Source: an uncultured delta proteobacterium
Lineage (GTDB): Bacteria > Myxococcota_A > Polyangia > Fen-1088
Length of the DNA stretch: 64,000 bases
Assembly: GCA_963767925.1 (NCBI GenBank)
Contig: CAVYGB010000002.1
Span: 1,216,001-1,280,000 of the forward strand
Reading direction: 5' to 3'
A program made the position numbers and the translations under genes. Position 1 is the stretch's first letter. Every line of letters begins with the position of its first letter. This document shows, in pieces, positions 55,581 to 64,000 of this stretch. The notes beneath the pieces are model-generated. The model had not been told where the DNA came from. It saw nothing but the letters and a program-made list of their open reading frames with translations, and ran no database searches.

Positions 55581-58391
55581 ATGATGACGGGAGTCATGCG
55601 TCCATTCGTGCGCGCTTCCTGGGTTTTCGGAACGTCGATCGCCCTGCTGGCCGGGCTGGGCTGTGCCTCGGCCGGGCTGCCGGATCAGCCGGTGCTCAAG
55701 GACTACAACCCCGACCAGTGGGTCGGCACGCCGAAGAGCGGGCTGCGGATCATCGTGCAAGAGGATCACAGCTCGCCGCTGGTCACGGTGGTCTCGACCT
55801 TCGGGGTGGGGGCCAAGAGCGATCCCAAAGGGGTCGAGGGGCTGGCCCACTTCGTCGAGCACCTGGTGTTCCGCTCGCGCCCGGGCGGCGGCGAGCAGAA
55901 GGTCTGGGACTACCTCAAGCAGATCGCCGTCGACTTCAACGCCACGACCTCCTGGGACTTCACGAACTATTACATCACCACCCACAAGGACAACTTCCCC
56001 CTGGTGATGCAACTCGAGGCCTGGCGGCTGGCCCGCACCATCGACGGCGTGACGCCCGAGGTGTTCGCCACCGAGAAGGAGGTGGTCCGCAACGAGCTCC
56101 GGCAGCGCTGGGAGACCACCGTCGGCAACAAGCTGTTCGACCTGATCTTCGAGCCGATCTTCCCGGTCGACCACCCCCTGCGCCGGCCGGTCGGCGGGAG
56201 CCACGACTCGCTCAACGCCGTCACGCTCGATCACGCCAAGGCCTTCGTGAAGGAGCACTACCGGCCCAACAACACCACCCTGGTGATCGCCGGGGACATC
56301 ACCCCCGAGGAGGTCCGCAAGCACCTCGGCATGTGGCCGGCGGAGGTGCTGTTCGGGCCGGGCGGGCCCGAGGGCCCCGAGGTGCAGCCCGCGCCCCGGA
56401 TCAGCCAGAGCCCCGCCCCTGCGGTGCCGCCGATCCAGAAGACGGAGCTGCAGCGGCACAAGGGGCCCATCGAGCAGCCCCTGCTGGTGCTGGCCTGGTC
56501 GCTCCCCGGCGGGCTGCGGGGCCAGGACACCATCGCCCAGTTCGCGGCCGGTCGCCTCAACCTGGCCATCGGCGGCCTCGACATGCGCGAGGAGGACGAC
56601 ATCCTCTCGGCCAGCGCGGGGGTCCAGAGCTTCGCCGACGCCTCGATCATGACGTTGTTCGCCGAGCTGCGCCCGGGCGCCGATCCGGAGAAGGCCCGCA
56701 AACGCTTGCTCGACGTGCTGGTCAACGCCTGGTCGACCGAGCTGGGGCGGCTGCAGACCGAGGCCACCCGCTGGGGGACCGCCACCAGCTTCCTGCGCCG
56801 CTCGGCCAGCCCGCTGGCCAGCGCGACCCAGGTCGGGTTCCACATGGCCGCGACCGGCAAGACCGCCTACTTCAAGGATCACCTGGAGGAGCTGGCCAAC
56901 GTCCAGTCGGGCGCGGTCATGCAGTTCGCCTACAAGTGGCTCACCCGCGAGCGCGCGGGCGCGGTCTACTTCGAGCCGGAGAGCGAGCAGATGCCCCAGG
57001 TGGTCGGGGGCGGCGGGCAGGCGGGCGGCGTGGCCTCGGCGGGCGCGCCCAAGAGCCACGACATGAGCCGGGGCATGACCCGCAACGCGGCCGAGCTGAC
57101 CTCCGACAAGCTCAAGAAGATGCTGCAGGCGCCGGGGATCGCCGGGGTCCCGAGCTTCAAGCTGGCCAACGGGCTGCAGGTGTTCGTCATCGAGCAGAAG
57201 TCGACGCCGATGGCCCAGATCCTCCTCGACCTGCGCGGCGGCGACGCCAGCACCAAGCCGGTGGGCGCGGCCAGCATGGCCGCCCGGCTGGCCCAGCCGA
57301 GCTGCCCCGAGCACCGCGGGCTCAGCGAGGTGGGCGGCTCGCTCGGCGCCAGCTTCGGCCTCACCAACTCGAGCCTGGGGGTGAGCGTGCTGTCGGGCAA
57401 CCTGGCCAACGGGCTGGCCGCCCTGCGCGACCGGGTGAGCTGCATGCAGGTCAGCGAGGAGATGTTCCTGCACGTCCCGCGCATGTTGCAGCAGTCGGGG
57501 CGGGTGTTCGAGCGCTCGGCGGTGCGGCCCGAGTTCATCGCCTCGAAGCGCTTTTACGGAGAGCTCTACCCCGGGCACCCCTTCGGGGAGGCCTCGTTCG
57601 TCAACCCGGCCAGCCTGAAGGACGTGCGCCACCAGGACGCCCAGGCCTTCGTGTCGAGCCACTTCCGGCCGGACAACGGGGTCGCCGTGGTGTACGGCGA
57701 CGTCTCGCTCAGTGACGTCAAGGCGCTGGGCGAACGCTACCTGGTCAACTGGCAGGGCGGCGGCGGCATCGCCATGAACACGCCGCCGGTGCCGGCCGGC
57801 CCCAGCGAGCGCAAGCTCCACCTGGTCAACCGGCCCAAGGCCACCCAGGCCACGGTGATGCTGGGCTGCCGCCTGGCGACCGTCCAGCCCGACCGGGTGC
57901 CCGCCTACGACGTCCTGCGCACGCTGGCCAGCGAGAGCGCCTGGGCGCTGCGCGAGGAGTGGGGCGCCACCTACGGCATCGGAGCGGGCGTGAGCCGGCG
58001 GCCGGACAACTCGGCCGAGCTGGTGCTGCAAGGGGCGGTGGAGAACGCCCAGGTCGGCAAGGCGGTGAGCCGGCTGCTGGGGGTGGTCAAGGAGCTGGGG
58101 ACCGCCACCGTGGACGAGCCGTTCTTCCTGAGCACCCGCTGGGACGTGGGGCGGACCTTCATGAGCTCGCTGGCCACCTCGGGGGCCAAGGCCAGCGCCA
58201 TCCTCAGCGCCATCGAACACGGCTGGCCGCTCGACGTCTGGGACAAGTACCCGGAGAACCTGGCCAGCACCACCCGGGACACGATCAAGGAGATCATGGC
58301 TCCCTGCGTGGGCAAGGAGGTGGTGGCCATCGTGGGCGACGCCGCCGTGCTGGGCCCCCAGCTCGAAAAAGAGGGGCTCAAGCTCCAGTAG
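55581..58391 (+). CDS. M16 (pitrilysin/insulinase) zinc metallopeptidase, probable lipoprotein
   Basis: LAGLGC lipobox, GLAHFVEHLVF inverted zinc motif, NATT, EKEVVRNELRQR, second degenerate M16 half. Confidence 0.92.
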   Translation: MMTGVMRPFVRASWVFGTSIALLAGLGCASAGLPDQPVLKDYNPDQWVGTPKSGLRIIVQEDHSSPLVTVVSTFGVGAKSDPKGVEGLAHFVEHLVFRSRPGGGEQKVWDYLKQIAVDFNATTSWDFTNYYITTHKDNFPLVMQLEAWRLARTIDGVTPEVFATEKEVVRNELRQRWETTVGNKLFDLIFEPIFPVDHPLRRPVGGSHDSLNAVTLDHAKAFVKEHYRPNNTTLVIAGDITPEEVRKHLGMWPAEVLFGPGGPEGPEVQPAPRISQSPAPAVPPIQKTELQRHKGPIEQPLLVLAWSLPGGLRGQDTIAQFAAGRLNLAIGGLDMREEDDILSASAGVQSFADASIMTLFAELRPGADPEKARKRLLDVLVNAWSTELGRLQTEATRWGTATSFLRRSASPLASATQVGFHMAATGKTAYFKDHLEELANVQSGAVMQFAYKWLTRERAGAVYFEPESEQMPQVVGGGGQAGGVASAGAPKSHDMSRGMTRNAAELTSDKLKKMLQAPGIAGVPSFKLANGLQVFVIEQKSTPMAQILLDLRGGDASTKPVGAASMAARLAQPSCPEHRGLSEVGGSLGASFGLTNSSLGVSVLSGNLANGLAALRDRVSCMQVSEEMFLHVPRMLQQSGRVFERSAVRPEFIASKRFYGELYPGHPFGEASFVNPASLKDVRHQDAQAFVSSHFRPDNGVAVVYGDVSLSDVKALGERYLVNWQGGGGIAMNTPPVPAGPSERKLHLVNRPKATQATVMLGCRLATVQPDRVPAYDVLRTLASESAWALREEWGATYGIGAGVSRRPDNSAELVLQGAVENAQVGKAVSRLLGVVKELGTATVDEPFFLSTRWDVGRTFMSSLATSGAKASAILSAIEHGWPLDVWDKYPENLASTTRDTIKEIMAPCVGKEVVAIVGDAAVLGPQLEKEGLKLQ

Positions 58392-58409
58392 CCGGCGCTC
58401 GTAGCAAGC

Positions 58410-59669
58410 ATGATCACGAAGACCCGCGCCGGCGCCGTGAACCTGGCGGTCCTGGTGGCCGCCCTCGGCTACTTCGTCGACATCTACGACCTCATCCTGT
58501 TCAGCGTGGTGCGGGTCAAGAGCCTGCAGGGGCTGGGGGTCGAGGGCGGGGCCCTGCTCGAAAAGGGCCTGTTCATCCTCAACATGCAGATGCTCGGCAT
58601 GCTGGTGGGCGGGATCTTGTGGGGCGTGCTGGGCGACCGGCGGGGGCGGCTCTCGGTGCTGTTCGGGTCGATCATCCTCTATTCGCTGGCCAACCTGGCC
58701 AACGGCATCCCGGACAAGCTGGCGGTCTGGACCGGCGGGGGGCTCGACGCCATCCAGATGTACGCGCTGATCCGCTTCGTGGCCGGGGTGGGCCTGGCGG
58801 GGGAGCTGGGCGCCGGGATCACCCTGGTCAGCGAGTCGATGCGCAAGGAGACGCGCGGCTACGGGACCACCATCGTCGCCACCGTGGGGATCTGCGGGGG
58901 CCTGGTGGCGGTGTTCGTGGGCAAGACCGCCGACTGGCGGGTGGCCTATTTCATCGGCGGCGGGATGGGGCTGGCCCTGCTGGTGCTGCGCCTCGGGGTG
59001 ATGGAGTCGGGGCTGTTCCAGAGCGTGCGGGCCACGGCCGTGTCGCGCGGGAACTTCCTGCACCTGTTCCGCAGCGCCGCCCGGGCCCGCCGCTACCTCT
59101 CGGTGATCCTGGTCGGCGTCCCAATCTGGTACGTGGTGGGGATCCTCATCACCTTCGCGCCCGAGCTGGGGCGGGCGATGGGCATGACCCGGCTGCCCAC
59201 CGGGCCCGACGCAGTCGTCTCGGTGTATGCCGGCCTGGTGGTCGGAGACCTGGCCAGCGGCCTGCTGAGCCAGGTGCTGCGCACGCGCAAGAAGGTGCTG
59301 GGCGGGTTCATCGTCATGACCGCCCTGTTCGTCGCCTTGTATTTCACCCTGGCCTCCCGCTCGCTGCCCATCTTCTACGGGGTGTGCGTCGGGCTGGGCC
59401 TGGCCATCGGCTACTGGGCGGTCTTCGTCAGCATGGCCAGCGAGCAGTTCGGCACCAACCTGCGGGCCACCGTCACCACCACCGCCCCCAACTTCGTGCG
59501 CGGCGCCGTGGTGGCGGTGACCTTCGCCTTCGAGCACCTGCGCGGGTCCCTCGGCGTCACCGGCGCCGCCCTGGCGGTGGGCGCCGCCACCCTGGTGCTG
59601 GCGCTGATCGCCCTGGCCAGCCTGCCCGAGACCTTCGGCCGCGACCTCGACTTCGTCGAGCCGGACTGA
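58410..59669 (+). CDS. MFS transporter
   Basis: ALGYFVDIYDL, GVLGDRRGR motif A, RFVAGVGLAGE, EQFGTNLRAT, LPET. Confidence 0.95.
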   Translation: MITKTRAGAVNLAVLVAALGYFVDIYDLILFSVVRVKSLQGLGVEGGALLEKGLFILNMQMLGMLVGGILWGVLGDRRGRLSVLFGSIILYSLANLANGIPDKLAVWTGGGLDAIQMYALIRFVAGVGLAGELGAGITLVSESMRKETRGYGTTIVATVGICGGLVAVFVGKTADWRVAYFIGGGMGLALLVLRLGVMESGLFQSVRATAVSRGNFLHLFRSAARARRYLSVILVGVPIWYVVGILITFAPELGRAMGMTRLPTGPDAVVSVYAGLVVGDLASGLLSQVLRTRKKVLGGFIVMTALFVALYFTLASRSLPIFYGVCVGLGLAIGYWAVFVSMASEQFGTNLRATVTTTAPNFVRGAVVAVTFAFEHLRGSLGVTGAALAVGAATLVLALIALASLPETFGRDLDFVEPD

Positions 59670-59687
59670 CCGGCGCCCTCAGACGCC
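59616..59687 (+). repeat. 72-bp direct repeat, left copy (island boundary)
   Basis: GCCAGCCTGCCCGAGACC...CCCTCAGACGCC identical to 62243-62314. Confidence 0.95.
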
Positions 59688-59751
59688 AAACGTCCCTCGA
59701 TGGGGGCGAGAGCTCGGACGAGGAGGACTACCTCGGTCCGCAGGCCGGCGT

Positions 59752-60402
59752 TCACGGAACTACAACGGGAGGTCGCCAGTCGCCCTCGGTCCCCACATTC
59801 ATTCCGAGCTCGACGTCTCCTTCGTACGCCGGAAGTGGGCGGCCAACTTGGCTGTCGAGGGAGAGCTCCGGACCCAGCACTTTCATGAAGCAATCGTGTA
59901 CCTCCTCGGGTACCCCACCGCCATCTTTCATACTGAGCACGGGGTCGGAGAGGACGGCCCCCTCAGGCCGCATTCGCGCCTTCCAAACCACTTTCATTTG
60001 GAGGGGCGATTCGTTGACCGAGGAGCATTGCTGCCGGGTTCCGGCCGCAACGCGGACGATCAGCGATTGGTGGAGGTTGTCCACGCTACGATGACGGAAG
60101 CGGAGCTTCTGATAGGGAGTCATCGTGCGCGGGATTGCATCCACCGAGGGCGCCGGGGGGAGCGCCTGTGCCTGCGCCAGCGCGCGCAAAGCCTGGGCGA
60201 CCTGGGGAGGCCCGATCGTCGCACCCGGGTACGAGCCCGGACCCCCCGCCTCAAAGGTGCTCGGCCCGCCAACGGTTGTTCTCGCGACGCCCGCTTCCGG
60301 CCTTCCTTGGGACAGCTGGAAGGCGACCGCACCGGAGACCAAGAATACGGTTGCCACGGCGATCCGAAACGTCGAGCGGCGCGAAGGAGTCGAAGTTCGC
60401 AC
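59752..60402 (-). CDS. Single-pass/secreted hypothetical protein (216 aa)
   Basis: GGGAG RBS before GTG, N-terminal hydrophobic segment FRIAVATVFLVSGAVAF, two Cys in the C-terminal domain. Confidence 0.7.
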   Translation of the reverse strand: MRTSTPSRRSTFRIAVATVFLVSGAVAFQLSQGRPEAGVARTTVGGPSTFEAGGPGSYPGATIGPPQVAQALRALAQAQALPPAPSVDAIPRTMTPYQKLRFRHRSVDNLHQSLIVRVAAGTRQQCSSVNESPLQMKVVWKARMRPEGAVLSDPVLSMKDGGGVPEEVHDCFMKVLGPELSLDSQVGRPLPAYEGDVELGMNVGTEGDWRPPVVVP

Positions 60403-60413
60403 GTGTCGGCTCC

Positions 60414-61148
60414 CTATTCTGGAAGGTTAACCTTGCCGAGCGTCTTCGATAGCTGGGCCTGCCCCGAGCGTACTTTTGCGAAGAACGAACGGCGAGCGGC
60501 CCGGTTCTGGTGCTGAAAGCTCGCGGGATCGCTGACGTCGTACTTGTCCGCCAACCGCCTCTCCTCGACCGCGTACCCCTCCTTCGGAGGGTATACGAGG
60601 TACACACTCGGTTTCCCGTCTACGCTCGTCGTTTTGAGCGTGGATGCGACCCGGATCGCGGCAAGGGCGGCGTTCACCTTTCGGTCCAGATCGCCCCCCA
60701 GCGTGGGCCAGGTGACAAGGCAAGTGCGCGTTCGGCACTCGACCTTTAAATCTCGCGCCTCCGGCACCAGAACTAGAAGATCGGCGAGACCGTCGGCGAG
60801 AGCACCCGTCTCCATCGCAGAGGCCCAGGGCCCATTGCGCGGTTCTCGGTCGAACAACTCGCTGGCGCTCGCCCCGAGCCTCATGAGAACGCGAGGATCG
60901 TAACCCGGCTTGACCGGATCCTTCTCCATGTCGGCGGGGAGCTCCGCCAGGCGAGGGCCGCAATCCCGGATGGGTCCATGTAGCCCACCAGTCTGTGGCC
61001 CGGTCGCGCTGCCGGCGGCCAGTGGAGCTGACCGCGGGAGTACCTCGGACCTATCACTAGTTAACCGTCGCGCCAACATCCCGCCGGCCGTGCCAGTAAT
61101 CGCGGCCAAAACCAGCCATGCCGAAGTGGAACGCCAGCTTGAGCTCAT
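60414..61148 (-). CDS. Single-pass/secreted hypothetical protein (244 aa)
   Basis: ATGA overlap with the upstream peptide gene; AWLVLAAITGTAGGML anchor; EPRNGPWASAME...VECRTRTCLV motif. Confidence 0.72.
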   Translation of the reverse strand: MSSSWRSTSAWLVLAAITGTAGGMLARRLTSDRSEVLPRSAPLAAGSATGPQTGGLHGPIRDCGPRLAELPADMEKDPVKPGYDPRVLMRLGASASELFDREPRNGPWASAMETGALADGLADLLVLVPEARDLKVECRTRTCLVTWPTLGGDLDRKVNAALAAIRVASTLKTTSVDGKPSVYLVYPPKEGYAVEERRLADKYDVSDPASFQHQNRAARRSFFAKVRSGQAQLSKTLGKVNLPE

Positions 61149-61417
61149 GAGCAGCACACAATTTGACAGGTGCTGTCGCAGTGACAACGGAAATACCCTT
61201 CTGGCTCGCCCTCGGGGCCACACTCCGGATATTCAGTCTCACTGGTAAAGCAGTCGCAGCCGCTGCCGCCACAACTGCTCACGCAGTCGTGATCCGAACA
61301 CATATCGCCACCAGAGTCCCCTGAGCATGCCAGGGTCTCGGGAGTAGACCCTAGGTAAACCCCAGTTCCAGCGGCGATCGCGATACCCAGCGGCAGGAGA
61401 AGTTTCGAAAGCATCAT
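61145..61417 (-). CDS. Secreted cysteine-rich peptide (90 aa; 12 Cys in the last 60 residues)
   Basis: GGAGGT RBS 5 nt before ATG; signal-like MMLSKLLLPLGIAIAAGTGVYLG...TLA; CSGDSGGDMCSDHDCVSSCGGSGCDCFTSETEYPECGPEGEPEGYFRCHCDSTCQIVCCS. Confidence 0.8.
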   Translation of the reverse strand: MMLSKLLLPLGIAIAAGTGVYLGSTPETLACSGDSGGDMCSDHDCVSSCGGSGCDCFTSETEYPECGPEGEPEGYFRCHCDSTCQIVCCS

Positions 61418-61661
61418 GGTGTGACCTCCGTCTTTGGATCGCGATTCCGACTGCGGTCCGCGGTCCAGGTTCGAGAGAGACCATCGTCGTCGCTTGCTGA
61501 TCTCACAATCCTCCAAAGCGCTGTCAGCCGGACGCCGTCAGCTTGCTGGGGTGCTACCACCACTAAGTACCTCACCAGTATTTTACGTCGTCATGCTTCA
61601 TTTCCTTTGACGTGCGAATGTCTCGACGAGACAATAATTTACGTCATGCGAAACCTTCGCC

Positions 61662-62024
61662 GTGCCGCCCCTGATGCAAGCGTCCCAACGTTCACCCAGG
61701 GGCAAACGACTCGAACCGACCTCGCCCACGGACGCCACATGCCCGCCCCACTTTGCATCGGCGCTGACCGTAGAAAACGCGGCCGTGGAGATGGGCCGGC
61801 GCTATGGGTTGAGCAAGAGACAAATTGAGATCGTGGCTCGGATCGGATTGGGCCTTCGAATCAAGAGCATCGCCGTGGAGCTCGACCTGGACCGCCGGAC
61901 GGTCACAGAACAGGTCTTCCGCGCCTGCGCCCGAACCGGCTCTAAAGATCGCGAGGCTCTTGCCGGTCGGCTGGTCGAGATTCTGCTGGACCTGGCAAAC
62001 CGAATGCGCGGCAACGATTTGTAG
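61662..62024 (+). CDS. Stand-alone LuxR/GerE-type HTH transcriptional regulator
   Basis: YGLSKRQIEIVARIGLGLRIKSIAVELDLDRRTVTEQVFRACARTG; start uncertain. Confidence 0.78.
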   Translation: MPPLMQASQRSPRGKRLEPTSPTDATCPPHFASALTVENAAVEMGRRYGLSKRQIEIVARIGLGLRIKSIAVELDLDRRTVTEQVFRACARTGSKDREALAGRLVEILLDLANRMRGNDL

Positions 62025-62242
62025 GGGCTCACATCTGGCCGGGGATCACCTGGTAGCATTGTTCGTGAGCGAGACGGAGGACTGGTGGGTGGCTTGCTTC
62101 AGTCGGCGGTGGGATTGGGGCTGGCCCCTGCTGGTGCTCCGGCCAAGAGGTGAAGCCGGGGCTGTTCCAGGAGTGCACACCACGACGGTGTTGCGGGGAC
62201 CTTCCTGCGCCTTTCCACAGCGCCGCTCGGGCCCCGGCGACC

Positions 62243-62314
62243 GCCAGCCTGCCCGAGACCTTCGGCCGCGACCTCGACTTCGTCGAGCCGGACTGACCGG
62301 CGCCCTCAGACGCC
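62243..62314 (+). repeat. 72-bp direct repeat, right copy (island boundary)
   Basis: Identical to 59616-59687. Confidence 0.95.
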
Positions 62315-63262
62315 CTTGCGCACCAGCTCGCTGAACAGCGGGGTCGACAGGTAGCGCTCGCCGCTGTCGGGCAGGACGGTGACGATGTAGCGCCCTTCGT
62401 TCTCCGGGCGGGCGGCCAGGGCCAGGGCCGCCGCCAGCGCGGCTCCGCTGGAGATGCCGCACAGGATGCCCTCCTCGCGGGCCAGGCGGCGGGCGCAGGT
62501 GAAGGTCTCGTCTTCGGTCACGGTGAGGACCTCGTCGATCACGCGGCGGTCGAGGATGGGGGGCACGAAGCCGGCCCCGATGCCCTGGATGAGGTGGTTG
62601 CCCACCGGGCCGCCGGAGAGCACCGCCGCCTTGGCCGGCTCGACCGCGACGATGCGCACGCCCGGCTTGCGGGCCTTGAGCACGTCGCCCACCCCGGTGA
62701 TGGTGCCGCCGGTGCCGACCCCCGCCACGAAGATGTCGACGGCGCCGCCGCTGTCGCGCCAGATCTCCTCGGCGGTCGTGCGGCGGTGCACCTCGGGGTT
62801 GGCCGGGTTGGTGAACTGCCCCAGGGTGACCGAGCCCGGGATCTCCTCGCGCAGCTTGTGGGCCCGGGCCACCGCGTCCCGCATCAGGGTCCCGGGGGTC
62901 GTGACCACCTCGGCCCCGAAGTAGCGCAGCAGCGCCGCCCGCTCGGTCGACATGCGCTCGGGCATGGTGACGATCAGCCGGTAGCCGCGGGCGGCCGCCA
63001 CGAACGCCAGGGCGATGCCGGTGTTGCCCGAGGAGGGCTCGATGATGGTCGCGCCCGGCAGCAGCTCGCCCCGGCGCTCGGCCTCGGTGATCATGGCGAT
63101 GCCGATGCGGTCCTTGACGCTGCCGCAGGGGTTGCGCGCCTCGAGCTTGCCGAACAGCCGCGCCCGCAGGCCGCGCCCCACCCGCGACAGCTCGACCAGC
63201 GGCGTCCCTCCGGCCGTGTCGACCACGCTGCTCAGCGTTTTTCCCGATTGGTTGTCGTCCAT
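62306..63262 (-). CDS. cysK: Cysteine synthase A
   Basis: [56 protein letters not shown]. Confidence 0.96.
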   Translation of the reverse strand: MDDNQSGKTLSSVVDTAGGTPLVELSRVGRGLRARLFGKLEARNPCGSVKDRIGIAMITEAERRGELLPGATIIEPSSGNTGIALAFVAAARGYRLIVTMPERMSTERAALLRYFGAEVVTTPGTLMRDAVARAHKLREEIPGSVTLGQFTNPANPEVHRRTTAEEIWRDSGGAVDIFVAGVGTGGTITGVGDVLKARKPGVRIVAVEPAKAAVLSGGPVGNHLIQGIGAGFVPPILDRRVIDEVLTVTEDETFTCARRLAREEGILCGISSGAALAAALALAARPENEGRYIVTVLPDSGERYLSTPLFSELVRKGV

Positions 63263-63281
63263 GGTGACCTCGGCGCGTCGC

Positions 63282-64000
63282 TCAGATCGTGTAGTCGCCC
63301 AGGAAGATACGTGCCTCCTGCAGGTCGGCCAGCACCCGATCCCCTTCCCGGATGCTCAGGGCGTCGAGCTCGGCCTTGCTCAGCTCGACGTTCATGGTAC
63401 CGCCCTCGGGCAGGCGCAAGGTGACCTTTACGTAGGCTCCCACGAAGGCCAGCCGCTCGACCTGGGCCATCGACACCGGCTCGCGCTCGGGCTGCGGGTC
63501 GGGCGCCTTGCTCAGCTTCACCTCGTGGGGGCGGACGAAGGCCCGCAGCTCCGCGCCGTCGGAGGCGCCGGGCGGCGCGGCCATGGCTCCGGCCAGCGCG
63601 CCCACCGTGGTCCGGCCGTTTTCGACCCGCCCCTGCAGCAAATTGGCCCCGCCGACGAAGCGGGCCACGAAGGGGGAGACCGGGTGGTCGTAGATCGCGC
63701 TGGGGTCGCCGAGCTGCTCGACCCGCCCCTCGTTCATGACGACCAGGGTGTCGGCCAGCTCCATCGCTTCCTCTTGATCGTGGGTCACCAGCACGGTGGT
63801 GACCGGCGGATGTTCCGTGCTGCGCGCGCGCTCCTCGTGGAACCGGCGCAGCCAGGCCCGCAGCGAGACGCGCACCTGGGCGTCGAGGGCCCCGAACGGC
63901 TCGTCGAGCAGCAGCAGGCGCGGCTCGGTGGCCAGCGCCCGGGCGAACGCCACCCGCTGGCGCTGCCCGCCCGACAGCTCGCGGGGCATGCGCGCGCCCA
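63282..64000 (-). CDS. cysA: Sulfate ABC transporter ATP-binding subunit with TOBE domains (5' part outside the window)
   Basis: [48 protein letters not shown]; directly upstream of cysK. Confidence 0.88.
   Translation of the reverse strand, partial: GARMPRELSGGQRQRVAFARALATEPRLLLLDEPFGALDAQVRVSLRAWLRRFHEERARSTEHPPVTTVLVTHDQEEAMELADTLVVMNEGRVEQLGDPSAIYDHPVSPFVARFVGGANLLQGRVENGRTTVGALAGAMAAPPGASDGAELRAFVRPHEVKLSKAPDPQPEREPVSMAQVERLAFVGAYVKVTLRLPEGGTMNVELSKAELDALSIREGDRVLADLQEARIFLGDYTI

Larger units (their letters stand above)
59616..62314. mobile_element. Small genomic islet (2627-bp unit) bounded by 72-bp direct repeats; no integrase or transposase
   Basis: Perfect repeat duplicating the MFS/cysK convergent junction; interior visibly richer in A/T at codon third positions than the flanks. 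Confidence 0.8.

Noticed and set aside
55314..59537. 1407-aa minus-strand ORF
   Set aside because: Antisense shadow of the M16 and MFS genes, typical of high-GC3 DNA; no motifs
61145..61417. Classical RiPP (ranthipeptide, sactipeptide or lanthipeptide) cluster
   Set aside because: No radical-SAM, LanM/B/C, YcaO or peptidase-ABC gene nearby; the leader looks like a Sec signal
59616..62314. Prophage, IS or tRNA-targeted integrative element
   Set aside because: No integrase, transposase, terminal inverted repeats, phage genes or tRNA seen

Overview
High-GC bacterial DNA, most likely from a myxobacterium (Myxococcota); this is inferred from the Agl-Glt-type genes, the short OPX plus beta-barrel pair and the SctV homolog. 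From 1 to about 37.3 kb lies a large Wzx/Wzy-type surface polysaccharide cluster that runs off the left edge. It encodes two AsnB-type amidotransferases, three GT4s, two membrane-anchored sulfatase-fold proteins, an SGNH/MBOAT pair, five methyltransferase domains, a NeuB-cupin/HAD/NeuA-methyltransferase module, Wzx, a Wzy candidate, Wzc, Wza, a beta-barrel and rmlBAC. Directly upstream on the same strand (37.3-47.2 kb) is a gltC-D-E-F-G-like gliding-machinery paralog operon with no motor genes. Next come rplU-rpmA-obgE, hisD, a REP-bounded element holding a 40-bp tandem array, an AT-hook/Cys-His small protein, an isolated sctV/flhA-family gene, an M16 lipoprotein peptidase and an MFS transporter. 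A 2.6-kb integrase-free island bounded by a perfect 72-bp direct repeat follows. It encodes a secreted peptide with 12 Cys, two single-pass partner proteins and a divergent LuxR-type HTH, and it is the best candidate for an undescribed system. The window ends with cysK and a partial cysA. Many genes carry single-base frameshifts that are probably consensus errors, so their coordinates are reconstructed and approximate.
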